The notes below the pieces were generated by a model. That model was not told the origin of the DNA. It made no database searches and saw only the letters and a program-made list of their open reading frames with translations. This document shows, in pieces, positions 25,094 through 38,746 of a stretch of DNA of 64,000 bases; position 1 is the first letter of the stretch, and every line of letters starts with the position of its first letter. Source of the DNA: Dimorphilus gyrociliatus (Eukaryota; Animalia; Annelida); the NCBI GenBank assembly GCA_904063045.1, contig CAJFCJ010000024.1, positions 674,165 to 738,164 of the forward strand, written 5' to 3'. A program made the position numbers and the translations under genes.

Positions 25094-26256
25094 CCTACTG
25101 TATTTCTCTATACTTCGTAATATGATACTTTTTATTGTACTAGCAAAAATCAGAAAATCACATTAAAGATAATCCGTAAAAGGCTCTGAAGATATGTATT
25201 TATAACTTAATCAACGCATCGTATAACAAGTATACACTATACAGTATATACATATAGCATATATATTTACATATATCTAAATATATATAGTAAGTTTTTA
25301 AAATTTGCTACAGTGTACTATTTTTTTTTTAAAAAAAAACGACATTTATGAATATACAATGTAAAAATATCTTAGAACATCTGGAAAAACGATTTTTTCA
25401 TTACCTGGTAATTATTCGATTATTTTTTATAACCAAAACCATTAATTGGAATAACAGTTGAGGGAAAAAAGAAAGACAGCTGCGAAATGTATACGTAATT
25501 ACGCCCTCTATCATGATTTATTTAAAGAACACATACGGATGTTATCCCTCTATACACAATCTGTTTTTTGGGGGCAAAATAAATATGAAAGACAAAGTGA
25601 TTTGTACTAATTTAAAAACTGGTAAAAATTAACCTAGTTTTTTTATTCTCTCCCAGTTTTTACCACTAATAAAATAGCAATTAATATCCCTTTAATAAGA
25701 TTGAAGGAGGGGTAAGGGGACGATTAAGGCAAATTTAAAGAGACGAGGGGATAATTAATAAATAATAATTTATGGAAAACAGTATGACAAACTATGTATT
25801 ATAATTATTTAAGCTGGATTGATCGAATATAAAATTTGATCGTTCATAAAGTACTCTTAACTACATCAATACTTTGAGCGGTAAAAGGAAGTTGAGGAAG
25901 TGGAAATCTATTTCGTTACAATATATCCCTAAAACCGTTATTGCACCTCATCTTAACCCGAAATTTATAATCGATAATGGCCAAATAGCTTTGAAAAGGC
26001 ATTATTCAAGTCACAACTCAGCGAAATACGGGTAAATACCCCACATTTAGGTAATAGGGCTCGGCGCTAGGAGGCGCTGATAGAGCACTACAACAGCGCC
26101 CCCGTTTAATCATCGCACCTGTTTGAAATAGTGTCCGGAAAGAACTTTACGGCGGTTTTTCGCAGATAACAGCCGATTTCTCGGAATAGGATTATTGATT
26201 TTAGAGCAGCAAAAGAAGTTTTTTTACCATTAACATTTTATCTTATCAGTGGGAAA

Positions 26257-29200
26257 ATGTTGAATATTTTAAAGATCTGCTTAACCCTTCTGTTTATCGA
26301 TTTTGGTGAGTAGCCGGTTTTGTTCGATAGCTTTCAATATGTCGGAGGGGTTTAGGGCTTCTTTTGTGTAAAAATATTTTGGCGCCTTTTTTATAACTGT
26401 ATTTAAGCTGTTCCTTTTCCATATTTTAGTTGTCATTCTTAGTGTATAATAATAATAATGGATGATATAGGTACTGTTACTTTTCTAGATAATTGAACGA
26501 GGACAATGATAATTATTTCATTATTGTATTTATACCGAATAGTTTCCTGCTCGTAATGTTGGTATAGCATTTATTCAACCAGTTATATATATCCTTATAA
26601 TATATACTTATATTGTATATCTCTTTGTCTCGGTTGGATGAATATTAATACGGCATGTGAGTCTTAGTTCTGCTGTAATTAGTTTGTTTTTACTGACCTA
26701 AATAACAAACGAACGTTTGCCCTTAGGGACGGTTGTGTTTATAAAGCGGATTAAGGATTTCAAAAATATAAGACATCAAATATTCTAATTACAAATCGGA
26801 CAAATTTTTAAATCTGTGTTATCTTTGAAAATAAGTTTAACTGTATAAATATAATGTCTATATAAGTGCGTGTTTATGTTTATGCTATGTTACAAGAGGT
26901 AAATTTACCTGTTCAACCATATAGAGTAATATAAATCATTCCTTCATAATATAACAAACCTTGAATATCGCTTGAATATTGAATTTTTTTTCAATATATT
27001 ATACATTCTTTAAACTTAATGATTACTTGGGTGAGTTTTTTTTACCTTGTACTAGTCTTTGATCAATATATATTTGTGTATATAAATTTACACCTGTAAA
27101 GCTATTTTTTTCTTCATTCCATATTTCTACTATATAACATATACCTATGTTTGAAAAGAAGATAGTAAAATAAGATCGAAGTGTATTTTAAAAAGGTACT
27201 GAGTAACCCATTTCCGTATATCTTGTACCTGAAAGAGATTCTGAAAGGCTAACAATTCTAGTTCATTAAATGGAAGAATTATCTCTAATAAGAGGTCACC
27301 GCTTGGGAGAGAAAAAGAGAAGGAAGGGAAAAAAAACTGTACACATCTTTATCTCTCTAACCCATATATAGCATCTGGCTTTGCCCGGGTTAAGATGATA
27401 CATAGATCTGCTGCTACACCGTACAAACCCACTGCCTTTTTCGATAGGCTTTTTTTTATATATATTTATATATATAAATGTATACGAATACGATTGTATA
27501 CGTTTTCGTAGAGTAAAGAAAAGGTTTCGTATTATCTAAATTACACGCTTAGACAAATGTAAACAAATTGTTCGTAGGAAAGAAAAAGAAAAGGAAACTT
27601 TATATTGAACCGTAACTATCTTACGAATCTAACAGATTTATATATATATATCTATTTTTATTTAATTACAAAGTTCATAGGCTTCATTAATTCTTTTCCT
27701 GGCATTTCGAGAAAAATGAAGAGAGAGATAGCAGAGGAAAAGAATTTCTGTATGATATTAAAAATATGCTCTGATAAAATAGGTGGGAGGGAGGAAAAGG
27801 GTTTGCGTTCTTTATTTAATTTATAATATTTAATGGCCTCTTTTTTATTTCCTTTACTCTCTTAATCGAGTAATAAAAAATAGAAACATTTTATATAAAG
27901 GATGACAAAAGGATGATAGAATTACATACTCTGAGAGTGTTTAGTGTAGATGTCTTCTACAATTGCTTAATTTATATATAAGGTGTTTTCCATCCAAAAG
28001 AAAATAATAAAAAGAGCTAATATATAAATATATATTCTATTTGTATAAACACAAACACTATACAATACATAGTTACGTAAAATTTGTCAACTTACGTTAA
28101 ATAAAAAAAAAATCAATAGCCTAAACTTTATTACTTTGCCCTAAATTTATGAAAAACTATATAAGAGTTATTTATTCAAGTTATACCTTGGCTGATTCTT
28201 ATAGAATTGCAAAAATCTGAGTGAAAAATGTAGTTGTTCATTTTAAAAAAAATATATATATATATACCACATTGTAAGTCTTGAAAGAGGACGAAAATTT
28301 TTATTGAAAGTTAAGAAAAACATTGTACATTTGGTATTTTAAAAGTTGTTTATTACACATTGTACTTTTCAAAGCACTTATTGTGTATACGTGTATGTAT
28401 GTATGGATGTATGTTTGGTTTTATGTGTGTATATGCACGCGCGTGCGTATGTGTGTCTATATACATTTTTAGTATTTGTACAACGTTTTCTGTTCTTTCA
28501 TCAAACTGCCCAGCATTTCCTTTTCTTTTTATTCTATTCATAAAAGTTCGAGTTTCTTTATCTCCTTTTTCTTTACATTTTTTCTTCTTTTTATTCTTTT
28601 TTAATCGAAAGGAAAAGAAGGCAATTGAATAGATTTATGTCTATAAAAAATCCACATTTTGTTATTCCTGTGCCAATTTCTGGCTTCTTTCTTTCAACAA
28701 ATGGGCTCTTTTTATAAATACCTTAACGAGCTTAAATGGACGGGTTTTAAACGCCTCCTAACAGTGGATGGACTCGATGTAATTTCTTTTGCAAGTAGGC
28801 GTAGTATCATATTTCTCTTAGTAAACATTTAAGTGTAGATTAAAGTATAAATAAAAATATTTTGTTCTTACAACCCACAAAAAGTATCTGTTTAGCCCGA
28901 AGGGATATCAACAGGGTGAGGGGCAACGATCAAACCAAAGTCTCGCCTTCCTTTTTTGATCGTTTGATTAGAAAATTAAAGATGCAGATGCTTCGAACCA
29001 CCTGTTAGGTATTAGATTACTTATACAGATGAATAATAATCGATAAGTATTCGAAAGAGGTGGTTAAATTATTTCAAACTAGTTTAATATTCAAAGAGTG
29101 TGTTTACCAAGGACCTGAATGGAATACCGTAAAAAGAGATTTCGTTAATATTCTGTAAAGCAAGAAAAGTCTGTAATATATCTTTAACAACTGTTTTTCG

Positions 29201-32200
29201 AGCCATCAATCAAACATCACAGGATAATGCGTTGTTTATTTAATTTGATGAAAAACTCTAGACATTTCCCTTAAACGATTATTAAAATATGCTTATAAAA
29301 AAGACGAAACGATTATAAGATACCACCAACTTGAATAACCTATTAATAGACTTTTAGCCCAAGTCCTACATTAGAAAAATACCCTGGTATTTTTTTGAAT
29401 GACAATAGCAATATTTTTATCCCATTTTTCACTTATTGTATTTAAAAGAATATTTATGCGGGCTTACTATTATGTTATAAAAAATCCTGTTTAGCCAATA
29501 GCTGACTATAATTGTTCTAAATTACATTTGTTCTCTTTCTTTATGATAACTATTTTTGTTTTTATTCATGAACTATTTTTAATTTATGCAGTTTTTTTTA
29601 TTCTTACTGTAACAGTATAATAAAGATGATGCTTAAATTGTAATCCAATTTTCTCTTGGTAAAAATCGCATTAAATCAGAGAGATTGTTTCTTTTTTATT
29701 CTATTTTCTATTGACTAGATATAATATAGAAAGGTAGTTTTTGATTTAAATAGTATATAGAGTATTTTTATCAATTTAATTGGTAAATGAGTCGAGCGTA
29801 AAAAATACAAGCTGTATACATCCATTTTTAGAAATGTCATCTAGAATCTTCTTCTTTAGCATCTTATTAATAAATCATTTCTTTTCTCTATTCACACAGC
29901 ATTATGCGTGGTGACTGATGGTAATATATATCACTTTAAAGCAGCTGACAACGAAAATTTCGAATACGTCTTTACAGTTGGTAAGGCTTTTTCCTCAGAC
30001 AAATATTTGTATCCTAATCTGTAATTTTCTATTTTATCAGATGGACTGCCTAGGGATAACTTTTACAGAGACTATAGATTTGAACTATTTAAAGCTCAAG
30101 GCGAGAAAGATATACAGCCAAACCCTTCCACATATGGGAGGTCTTTAGCCAATAGTGCTCGTCGTCTTCGAGATGAATATAAGGCTGAAAATGACAGAAT
30201 TACATTTACATTGACAGAACCATCAGAAGACAAAAAACCTTACAAGTTTCCCTTTAAAATTATTAATGTAGAACCTAAAGATGCAGGAATTTACACATTT
30301 GAAGTTAAAGACGATGCGGCTAATAAAATTGTTTTTACAAAGAAGTTAATAATTTATGTTCACTGTAAGTATTACTAAAGTTTAGCACTAATGAACCTAA
30401 ACAGATATTAAATCGTACTTTAAAATGTGTAGCTAAACCAGAAGAAATTACATTTTATGGAGGAAATTTGAATATTAACTTTACAGCAGACAACAAACAA
30501 TCGTAAATATTTTAGCTTATTTTTTTCTTTATTGAATAGTTTCTAATTGCTATTTTCTCTTTATACAGGAGCTTTATAAATTTTAATGAGTCCGAGGGTC
30601 AGCTTATCTGCGAAGGTTCAGTTACTGGTTATAAAAAAAACAAAATAAAATGGGATTTTAAAGTTGAAATTGAAGGCGAAGATAATGAAAAACTGTTCGA
30701 TCCGGGTAACTTTGAAGTACAGGTATGTATTTATATATATATATCGTATGGTTATATATAATCACAAATTTAATTATTTAACTATCTTACAGACAAACGT
30801 TAAGCTTGTTGGTGACACTCCTGGTATGCAAGTGCCAAAAACTTCCTTAGTATCAAAGTTTAAAAAATTCAAGCCAGATCCGAAATATAGTGGTAAACTT
30901 ATAACTTGTACTCTACCCGACTGGGAATTCCAAGATTTATCAATATCCAGCAAAAAGACAATTAGAATTAGAGGTAAGATATAGGAAATCGTTAACTTCT
31001 ATAAGAATATTATAAATAATCAATTAAAAGGTCGTCCAAATGTGTATGGACCGATAAATCCTATTGGTGGAGTCTTAACGAAGGAGGGAGTTGTTTTTGC
31101 AGAAGTAGTTTCCAGTCCAGAAGTGTCAACTCATGAATGGAAATTTAATAATGAAGAGATAAAGGAAACCGCTGATTTGAAATTCGACAAGAAGGTGAGT
31201 TCAGTTTTTCAGAATTTTATTTTATTGCGGTTTACAATTTCTCACATTAAAATATATCTTACTTACTTTAATCATTATTAGTATTTCTGATAAAAAGAAC
31301 GTATTGTCTTTTATTCATATTAACCATAAACCGTTTGGTTATTCTACTATATAGTCCTCCAGTGAAAATAGCTAATCCTTCCTCCAAAGAGAGAATTAGT
31401 GCAAGCTTATTTATTTTCAAATAAACGTTCTCGTATTTCGCAGTCACAGAAACTGACTGAGACATTATTGCTATAAGAAAATTTAATAATATTATACTTA
31501 TTACAAAAACGAACATAATATGTAGGGGAATAATAATTGCTGAAGAATCAACATTTTCTTTAGAAACGTTTAAAAGATTTATCATTATAAGAAAAGTAGC
31601 GTAAGAACTATCTACCAAACTATTGAATAGATGTGAACATAATCCAAATAGGTGATTATTTAAAATCATTTGAAAGCCAAAAGCAAATGGTAGAAAGATT
31701 ATTATAAAAAAACCAAAAATAAAGTTGAAAGAAAGTCCTAGAATCCTTTGAAAGTTTATAACATGTAAAGCTGTCCCTTTCTTGAAAATCATATATTTAA
31801 GATCATTCCATAAAAGTGAGAATATGCCAAGAAGTCGAAAATACTTATTAGATTATTAGTTAAAGTAGTAGCATTAAAGAGCAATCAAAATGATTATTAA
31901 CTTGGAAGGGAAATAGAAGAAAAGCGAAGAGAATCCTAAGAATGTGTCACAAGGTTTTTTCTTTATCTATGAAATTATAGAAGGGTCACGTAGTATTTAT
32001 CTAAGCCTACTGTCAAGAAAAATAAACTAACGAGATCAAGTAGTAGAAATTGTAAAAGGTTATTTACTGTATAAAATTTAACGTCTATTTGTTATTAAAC
32101 TATTTTAAATATCAAAGACTTTTTGCTCTTTCATGTATACTTTAACTAATCCTAAGTGAAATATCCAAAAATTTTTTGTAATAATTATATATAGAAAACA

Positions 32201-34327
32201 GATATAATAGCCATAGAAGAAGAAAAATAGCGAATGAAAATTTCCCAATTTAGCTATTTTCGATCCGTTTTTACTGTTAGGAATTTTTCCCAAAGCAATT
32301 TTTAATTTCTTAATCAATCTTCGACCGAAAAAGTACAAGTCGAAAACAAACTGAGGTAATACAATAATCGTTAAATAGATTACAAATCCATATATATAAT
32401 AGGTGTTGATCTCTGCTAATTCGCAACTTTTAACTTGCGAGTTTAACATCTTGTCCTCTAGAATTAATGAAGTAATATTCGTAAAATTAGGAATGGTGTG
32501 TGACCACACTTTTGAACTACTTAAAAAAGTATCCATAAATAATATAAACAATGTATTGAACGTTTTAAAAACCAAAATTAAAAATGAAATATGATAAATA
32601 GCTTTCCATTTGATGTCAATCCATTCTCCAATAGAACCATTCAATAGCATATTCAAACCTTTTTTACTTCTGTTTTTTTCTAATGTGTTAGACAAGAGTT
32701 TTAGCGGCGAATAACGCCACCTCGAGGATTTACGAAACCAAGGTATTTCGTATTCAGTAGCATCAAGGAATCGATAGTTAACAACATTCTTTGCCGGTAG
32801 AGTAGTGCATCTTTCGGTTAATAACGTTAAAAATTCATTTGATAGGAGAAAAAATCCATGAAATATACTATTTTCAATTGGGTTAAGACTAGATAAATTA
32901 GCCAGTAATTTAACAGTAAAGAATTATAATTATAATTAAAAAAATCAGAAGATTTTATACATTTAAAACGTTATCTTTATTTAATTTCTAGCTTATTTAT
33001 CATTTACTTATTTCTATTTTGTTCATTTAGAATACTTTCTAGAATATCTGTAGGTATCTTTTGAAAAACTGATGAACATTCTAATATAGCTTCTTCGTCA
33101 ATCGCTTCAAGTTCTACTAAATCAATTAAATCGTGTAAAATATTTTTCAGACTGACAATAGGATTTTCAATTAGATATTCAAGTATTTTCATTGATTTAA
33201 ATTTAAATGCTATTATTATCGGAGTTATTTTAACAGTTAAAACTTTAATTTTGTTATCGATATTCTCAAAAAGAAATTCACCGTTGATAAAGTCTAACCT
33301 GTTATTCTTAATAATTTCAAGAAACAATCGTAGGTTATCATTTTGAATAGACTCGAAAAAAGACAACACCAAGTCTTGTTTCATATCCAACAAGTTTTCT
33401 CTTGCTGGAAATACTCGTCTGCTCTCCATAGTTCTATACGCCCAGAGTTTTAGGTTAACATTAATGCCTGACTCCTTTATTTATTGTATATCTATACGTA
33501 TTAAGATGTATTTGGATAAATATGTATAATTCATTAAACCATCTAGTAGACTGAATAATTCAGATAATGTTTATACATATTTTATGTAAGTAAACATGTT
33601 AATTAACACTTATTTCTCTTTCAGTGTGCGATTGAAAATGAAGCCCAAAAATGCAATTTTACCATCACATTCAGTAAAGTTATGTCATCTTATTATGGTA
33701 ATTATAAATTCTCTGCCACAAATACTTTCGGTACCAGCGAGAGGATAATTAAATTTATGGATGAAAAAGGTATGTTTTTCTATTTTGATCTGCCTAAAAT
33801 CTAACATTAGCTCCGACTACTTAAATTCTATTTAAAGTATCATTTTTTACAATGATCTTCAAAAAGAGTTTAAATAATCAGTTTGACTTGCTGACTCACA
33901 AGTCAACTCACTCGAAATAGAGTGATATGTTTCAAAGGAAGGAACTTCGGTTAATAACTGTATAGATGATCGCTAAAAACTTTAATCGCTAACTTGTTGT
34001 CTTGCTAAGACCAGTCTATTACAGAACCTTTTCCAAATAATTCAACAACTCAAGTTATTCAGCAAACTAGCTGGATGGGTAAAAACAAAATTAAAATTAT
34101 TGCTCTTAACAGTCCACTCTCTTAATTTTATATTTATTTTCTACACAACTAAATAACAGCTTCGCTTAAAATTCTATATCATATATGATTTAATCTACTA
34201 ATCGATAAACATATTATTATATTTATCTTTTCTCCATACAGAAAAAGCGACTTCAAACGAATGCAATAAAGTAATTCCGTCTGTTACTATGCTCATTTTC
34301 ATCGTCCTTCTGATAATAAGTTCATAG
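26257..34327 (+). CDS. Three-Ig-domain, probably GPI-anchored cell-surface protein (IgLON/lachesin-like architecture), 9 exons
   Basis: Exons 26257-26305 (signal MLNILKICLTLLFIDF|gtgagt), 29900-29980, 30041-30364, 30433-30502, 30569-30722, 30793-30973, 31031-31194, 33625-33769, 34242-34327. Ig motifs: INVEPKDAGIYTF, LICEG..IKWD, LITCT, HEWKFN, YYGNYKFSATNTFG. Hydrophobic tail VTMLIFIVLLIISS*. Confidence 0.85.
31268..33429 (-). CDS. TRPV-like cation channel, nested antisense in intron 7 of the Ig gene (3-exon model, about 581 aa)
   Basis: Exons 33429-33008, 32888-32141, 31843-31268 join in frame. Ankyrin-like segments (ITPIIIAFKFKSMKILEYLI, NEQNRNNLNPIENSIFHG); WIDIKW before TM1; TM4-linker LGIFSLLWNDLKY...VINFQRIL; pore-like ATFLIMIN; S6/TRP region ILLNFLIAIMS...LALILSLEE. 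The second intron is less certain. Confidence 0.75.
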
Positions 34328-34959
34328 AAATTGCTTTCAAAATATTCCAATAGAAAGAAATCAACTCTTTTAACTACATTTTATGTATTTCTTAGATTAC
34401 ATCGAAATAGTTTCAATAATTTATTCAGCCTTTTGAAAAAGAAAAATTTATTATTAATTTTATAGCATTCGCTTTCTATAGTTTTAAACAATCATTTTTT
34501 ATACAACAAATTGCTTGATAAGTGTATATATCTATATATATATATATATATATACGTGTGTGTTTGTGTTGGAGTATAATATATATCTACAAGTGTATAT
34601 TTTATACATTCTGTATTGTTTCTTTTGTGATACATGACATTGCTTTTCATTTGTGTAAGATGACTAGTGCATTAAGCCATTTATGTGAAGAGATATGTTT
34701 TATTTCTAAATTGTTGTGAATTTAACGAAGAAAAGATATATACAGTACAACAACTGTTTGAAAAGTTCGAATCTCTTTTTATGAGACTTATATTAGTATG
34801 ATTGCGGAGTATTCTTAATATATTTTTTTTTCATTTTTAAAAGATATGATATACTCGAAATTCTTTTTATCTTTGTTCGTAGTTCTTTTTCTTTTGTTTT
34901 AAAGAAATTGCTGAAGTCTTATCGTTTTTTGTTTGCTTTTTCTTAAAAAATATATACTT

Positions 34960-35045
34960 ATACAGTATATATATTATATATATATATACATACAAATATA
35001 CATATATATATATATATATATATTCTGAGAGAGAGAGAGAGAGAA
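34960..35045. repeat. Compound (TA)n/(GA)n microsatellite
   Basis: Interrupted TA run followed by a GA run. Confidence 0.9.
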
Positions 35046-37108
35046 AGAAAGAATATAATACAAATATAACATCTTGCCACGCATTTCGAAAGTTTCAGTT
35101 CAATTCCATTGTTCTTAGCGAAACTTTGTAGCAAATTTCATTGCAAAAATCATCAAACACTTTGTGGGCGTATAGTATGAAATTAGGCATTTTTGGATCG
35201 CGACCTCGCCACATGCCAATGTAATGCCAATGCCTATGAAAGATAGGCATGGGGAGAAAAGTGGTGATGTGAAAAATGCAATTATTTATCAACACAAAAA
35301 GTTGCTGATGTGTGGTATGACCCCGACTAGAAGAAAAACACCAGCTACGTCGCCACCTACAGTGTATTGTACAAACTGAAGAATAGAATATACAGTATAG
35401 TTGAAAGTGAAAAATTATATATTTTACTATCTATAAAACTCTAGAATTGACAACAAAAGGTTAATTATGTAGCTTTAGAAAAATTTACGCAATGAAAATG
35501 TTTACCAATAATCAACACAATAATTATTCCATTATTATACAACAACAGAAAAGCATCTTGCTGACCTAGCATACAAGGGATTATACTTTAACAAAAACTT
35601 GGTCAATATTTAACGATTATGAATAGCTTTATTGGACAAAGGTCAGATGTAACTTTCCTGAATATGAGTAAACGCCTTATGACTTGCTGTCCTAAATAAA
35701 TATTTACACATCCTTAACGTAAACTACCTGTCTTTTTTTTTCATATTGGATGAAGAGATGAAGAGAAGTATCGTCTACTGCAAACAAAATCACTTTTTCT
35801 TTGAAATATTATATTTTTAAGCGATTCCTTAGAGATATATATGATTAATTATAATAAATCAATAAGTAAACCTTTACACAGTAAAATGTCTAACATATTA
35901 AAAGATGGTCCGCGCAACGCGCTTATCAACCGCAGCAAAATAGATGTTTATTTTATTCGATTTCCCGATTGTCGCCTACTATTTGATATCTTTTTTATTT
36001 GCGCTAGTAAATTTGATATGGTCAGTGTTAAAATATAACATTACTTTTGAACAAATTTCAAACCGGAAATCGATTCTGAACAAATTCTTTCAATTCGATC
36101 AAAAATGCATTAAGAAGCAGAACAGAAACAAAAACTTTTTTTTTTGCGTCGTTTCTTATTTAAAATCGGTCATTTATGAAATTCTCTGTACATATACATG
36201 TTATAATCTATTAAATCGTTCTATATTTATGAATAATCACCATAGTCATTCTATTATTAGCTATTGAATTTTTATTGCAATTCAATTAACTAGAAGTGTA
36301 GACTAGAAGAGTCTAAACTTTATTTTATGCTGATAAAAGAAAAGATAAATCAATAAACTCAAAAATATCTTCTCTTCATTGTTTCCCTTGTACAAATGAA
36401 TAGAAGCAGATGCCGGATTCACTTAAATAAGAAGTTTCTTTATTGAAAATCAGGTAAAAAGAGAAGGGAAAAAGGTAGGAAATTCGTAAGACAATTTTCC
36501 TCAGTTGAAGAGGTTTATTGAATGATATACAATTTCAAGAGAATAGTATACAAAAATATATTCAATAATTCTTTGAGTATACATTAAAGTAAATATAAAG
36601 TATAAAGACTCTTTAAAGCGCTCGATTTCCTGGTTTTTACTTCCCGTTGATGCTCTTTTATCAATTCTTCCTTTTGCGGAAAAGTATACACCTTGCAGGG
36701 GGATTTACGGAACAAAAAAAAGGCGATAAATGAAGAGACAAGGCTATGGCAAAGGGCGACACAAGAAAGAAAAAACAATAAAAGCGTGTGCACATGTAAC
36801 GAGTGTAACGTCATTCAACAGTTTGTAGCATCTGCCAGAATCACACGCTACTAAACGGGCGGTGAATCGATAGGAAAATTGTTTGAAGATAGATAAATAT
36901 CAATAAGATATCAAGCCAGTACAAAGACAACAAAAGTCCTCAATTTCTCTACAGGCTCACTCAAGGAAGATGGTCGCGTGACGGTCAATTTCCACTTATA
37001 ATCTAAAAAGAGAAAATGTAGAATTATCCTCCAATGCACGTAGTTCAATTATAAGTGGAAATGCATCTTTTTATAGCGTTCTTTTTCATAAAACTCTCCT
37101 CAGTACTT

Positions 37109-37112
<4 letters not shown>

Positions 37113-37149
<37 letters not shown>
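37113..37149. repeat. (TA)n microsatellite
   Basis: TA dinucleotide run. Confidence 0.95.
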
Positions 37150-37151
<2 letters not shown>

Positions 37152-37239
37152 AATAGACGCCTTGAAACGTTTTATCGAATTTGTAGAAAATGTTGCTGTC
37201 GATAAAAGGTGTGTTTATACATAAAAGACGTCGTCGGCA

Positions 37240-38432
37240 GACGTTGTGCATTGGCTTTGAGCGTCCGTCATCTGAAATCGAACGTCGATCGGCTGTTTTG
37301 TCACAAAGCGTCTCTTCGATCCGTTATATTTGTGACTACAGTTTGAGAGGTACTCGTGTTTTGTGCGATTATGAATATAATTTCCCGGTACGGAAAAGGC
37401 AGTATGTAAATTTATATATATTGGAATATATATTCTCATTTGCATTTTCATAAAGATATTACTTTTACCATAAATCGTCAGCTTATTTTTCTTATTTATT
37501 CAATATTTTATATGTTTATTTTACCTGAAAACGTAAAAAAATTGGCTTTGGCCCTTAGGCGGTATTATCTGAAATCAAACGCCAATTGGTTGGTTTGTCA
37601 CAAAAGATTCTTTCGATTTGTCAGGAAACAATGTAACGTTCCACTTGTTTTATCGGCTTATTGAAATTAGACGCTTGTAAATGAAATGTGCTATTGGCTT
37701 TGAATTGAAAAGACGTTATCGACAAGACGATTGCTATTTGTAAAGAAGGATACTCTTTACAACTTTCTATATGACTCTGTGACTATTTAAAAGAAACGCC
37801 TATGAGTAGGCAATTGAAGATTGCTACTACGATAGAAAGTCTTCCTATTAAAAGTACACTTATCAATGTACAATGTCACTACATCGTTTATTAGAAATCA
37901 TTACAATTCAATCGGTTAATTTTTTTATTGTTTAATTAATACGTTTCTGATTATTTCTTTAGAATTTCCATTTTCTTTATGAATTAGACAAAACTTAGTC
38001 GAGTGAGCTTAAGTGGAAAGTATGACAAGGAACGTCGACAGATTAAAGCTAGTTATGTAATTCGAGGTGTTAATTGGCTGCTTGAAGAATACCGCAAATA
38101 GCTTCCCTAAGCTAAAGAAAAAACGTTAGACGGCACCTTTTAAGCAAAAAATTTAACATAAGGCGTATAAATTCGTATGCAACTGTACCTAAATCAAATG
38201 AGAAGCGTCAAAAAAATAGATGCTTCCCCTCCAAAAATATTTAACATAGGAATTATGTAATTCTATCAGATAAGATGTAACGGTTTCCCTTTGATTTTTA
38301 ATGTGGGTAAAAAGAAGAGTTCAAGAAAGATTATAAGTGTTAGCTTCATACAATTACGCAATTACTCATTGTTCAATTAAACGTCAATCTGTTCGACGAC
38401 TTGCAAACAGTAAGCGCCTCTTTCGATCCGGT
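37240..38432. repeat. Degenerate dispersed direct repeat, 3-4 copies of an element about 80-130 bp long
   Basis: attggctttg...atctgaaatcRaacgYcRatYggYtgKtttgtcacaaa...ttcgat occurs at about 37250-37323 and 37541-37617. Weaker copies lie at about 37693-37800 and 38379-38430. Confidence 0.65.
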
Positions 38433-38746
38433 CTCGTAAAAAGAAAAGGTAGCGTTTTATAAGCTTAAGAAATTAGATGCCGTCCGTTTCGGAAGCATAA
38501 CACGTGCAAAACCACTCGACGCCAGTTTTGTCAACAAGTAAACGACGGTAATCCGACGCCGGAGGCTTTGAATGTTTTATCAAGTAAGATTGCGGCGAGA
38601 CGATTGATCTCCTACAAGAATCGAACGGCGTTCGCCATTGGTCAACACCTGCACAACTTCCCAACTCTCCAGCGGCGTCTATAAGTGACGCCCGACGCCT
38701 CAGACGAACGCCGACGCTGGCTGTAGCTGCTCAAACGCTTTTCTTC

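Noticed and set aside
35095-35295. 66-aa minus-strand ORF in a GC-enriched block
   Set aside because: No domain signal or convincing splice sites.
38473-38746. GC-rich region with a 63-aa antisense ORF
   Set aside because: Better explained as the dsf promoter and 5' UTR, since the ATG at 38747 is followed by a perfect gtgagt donor.
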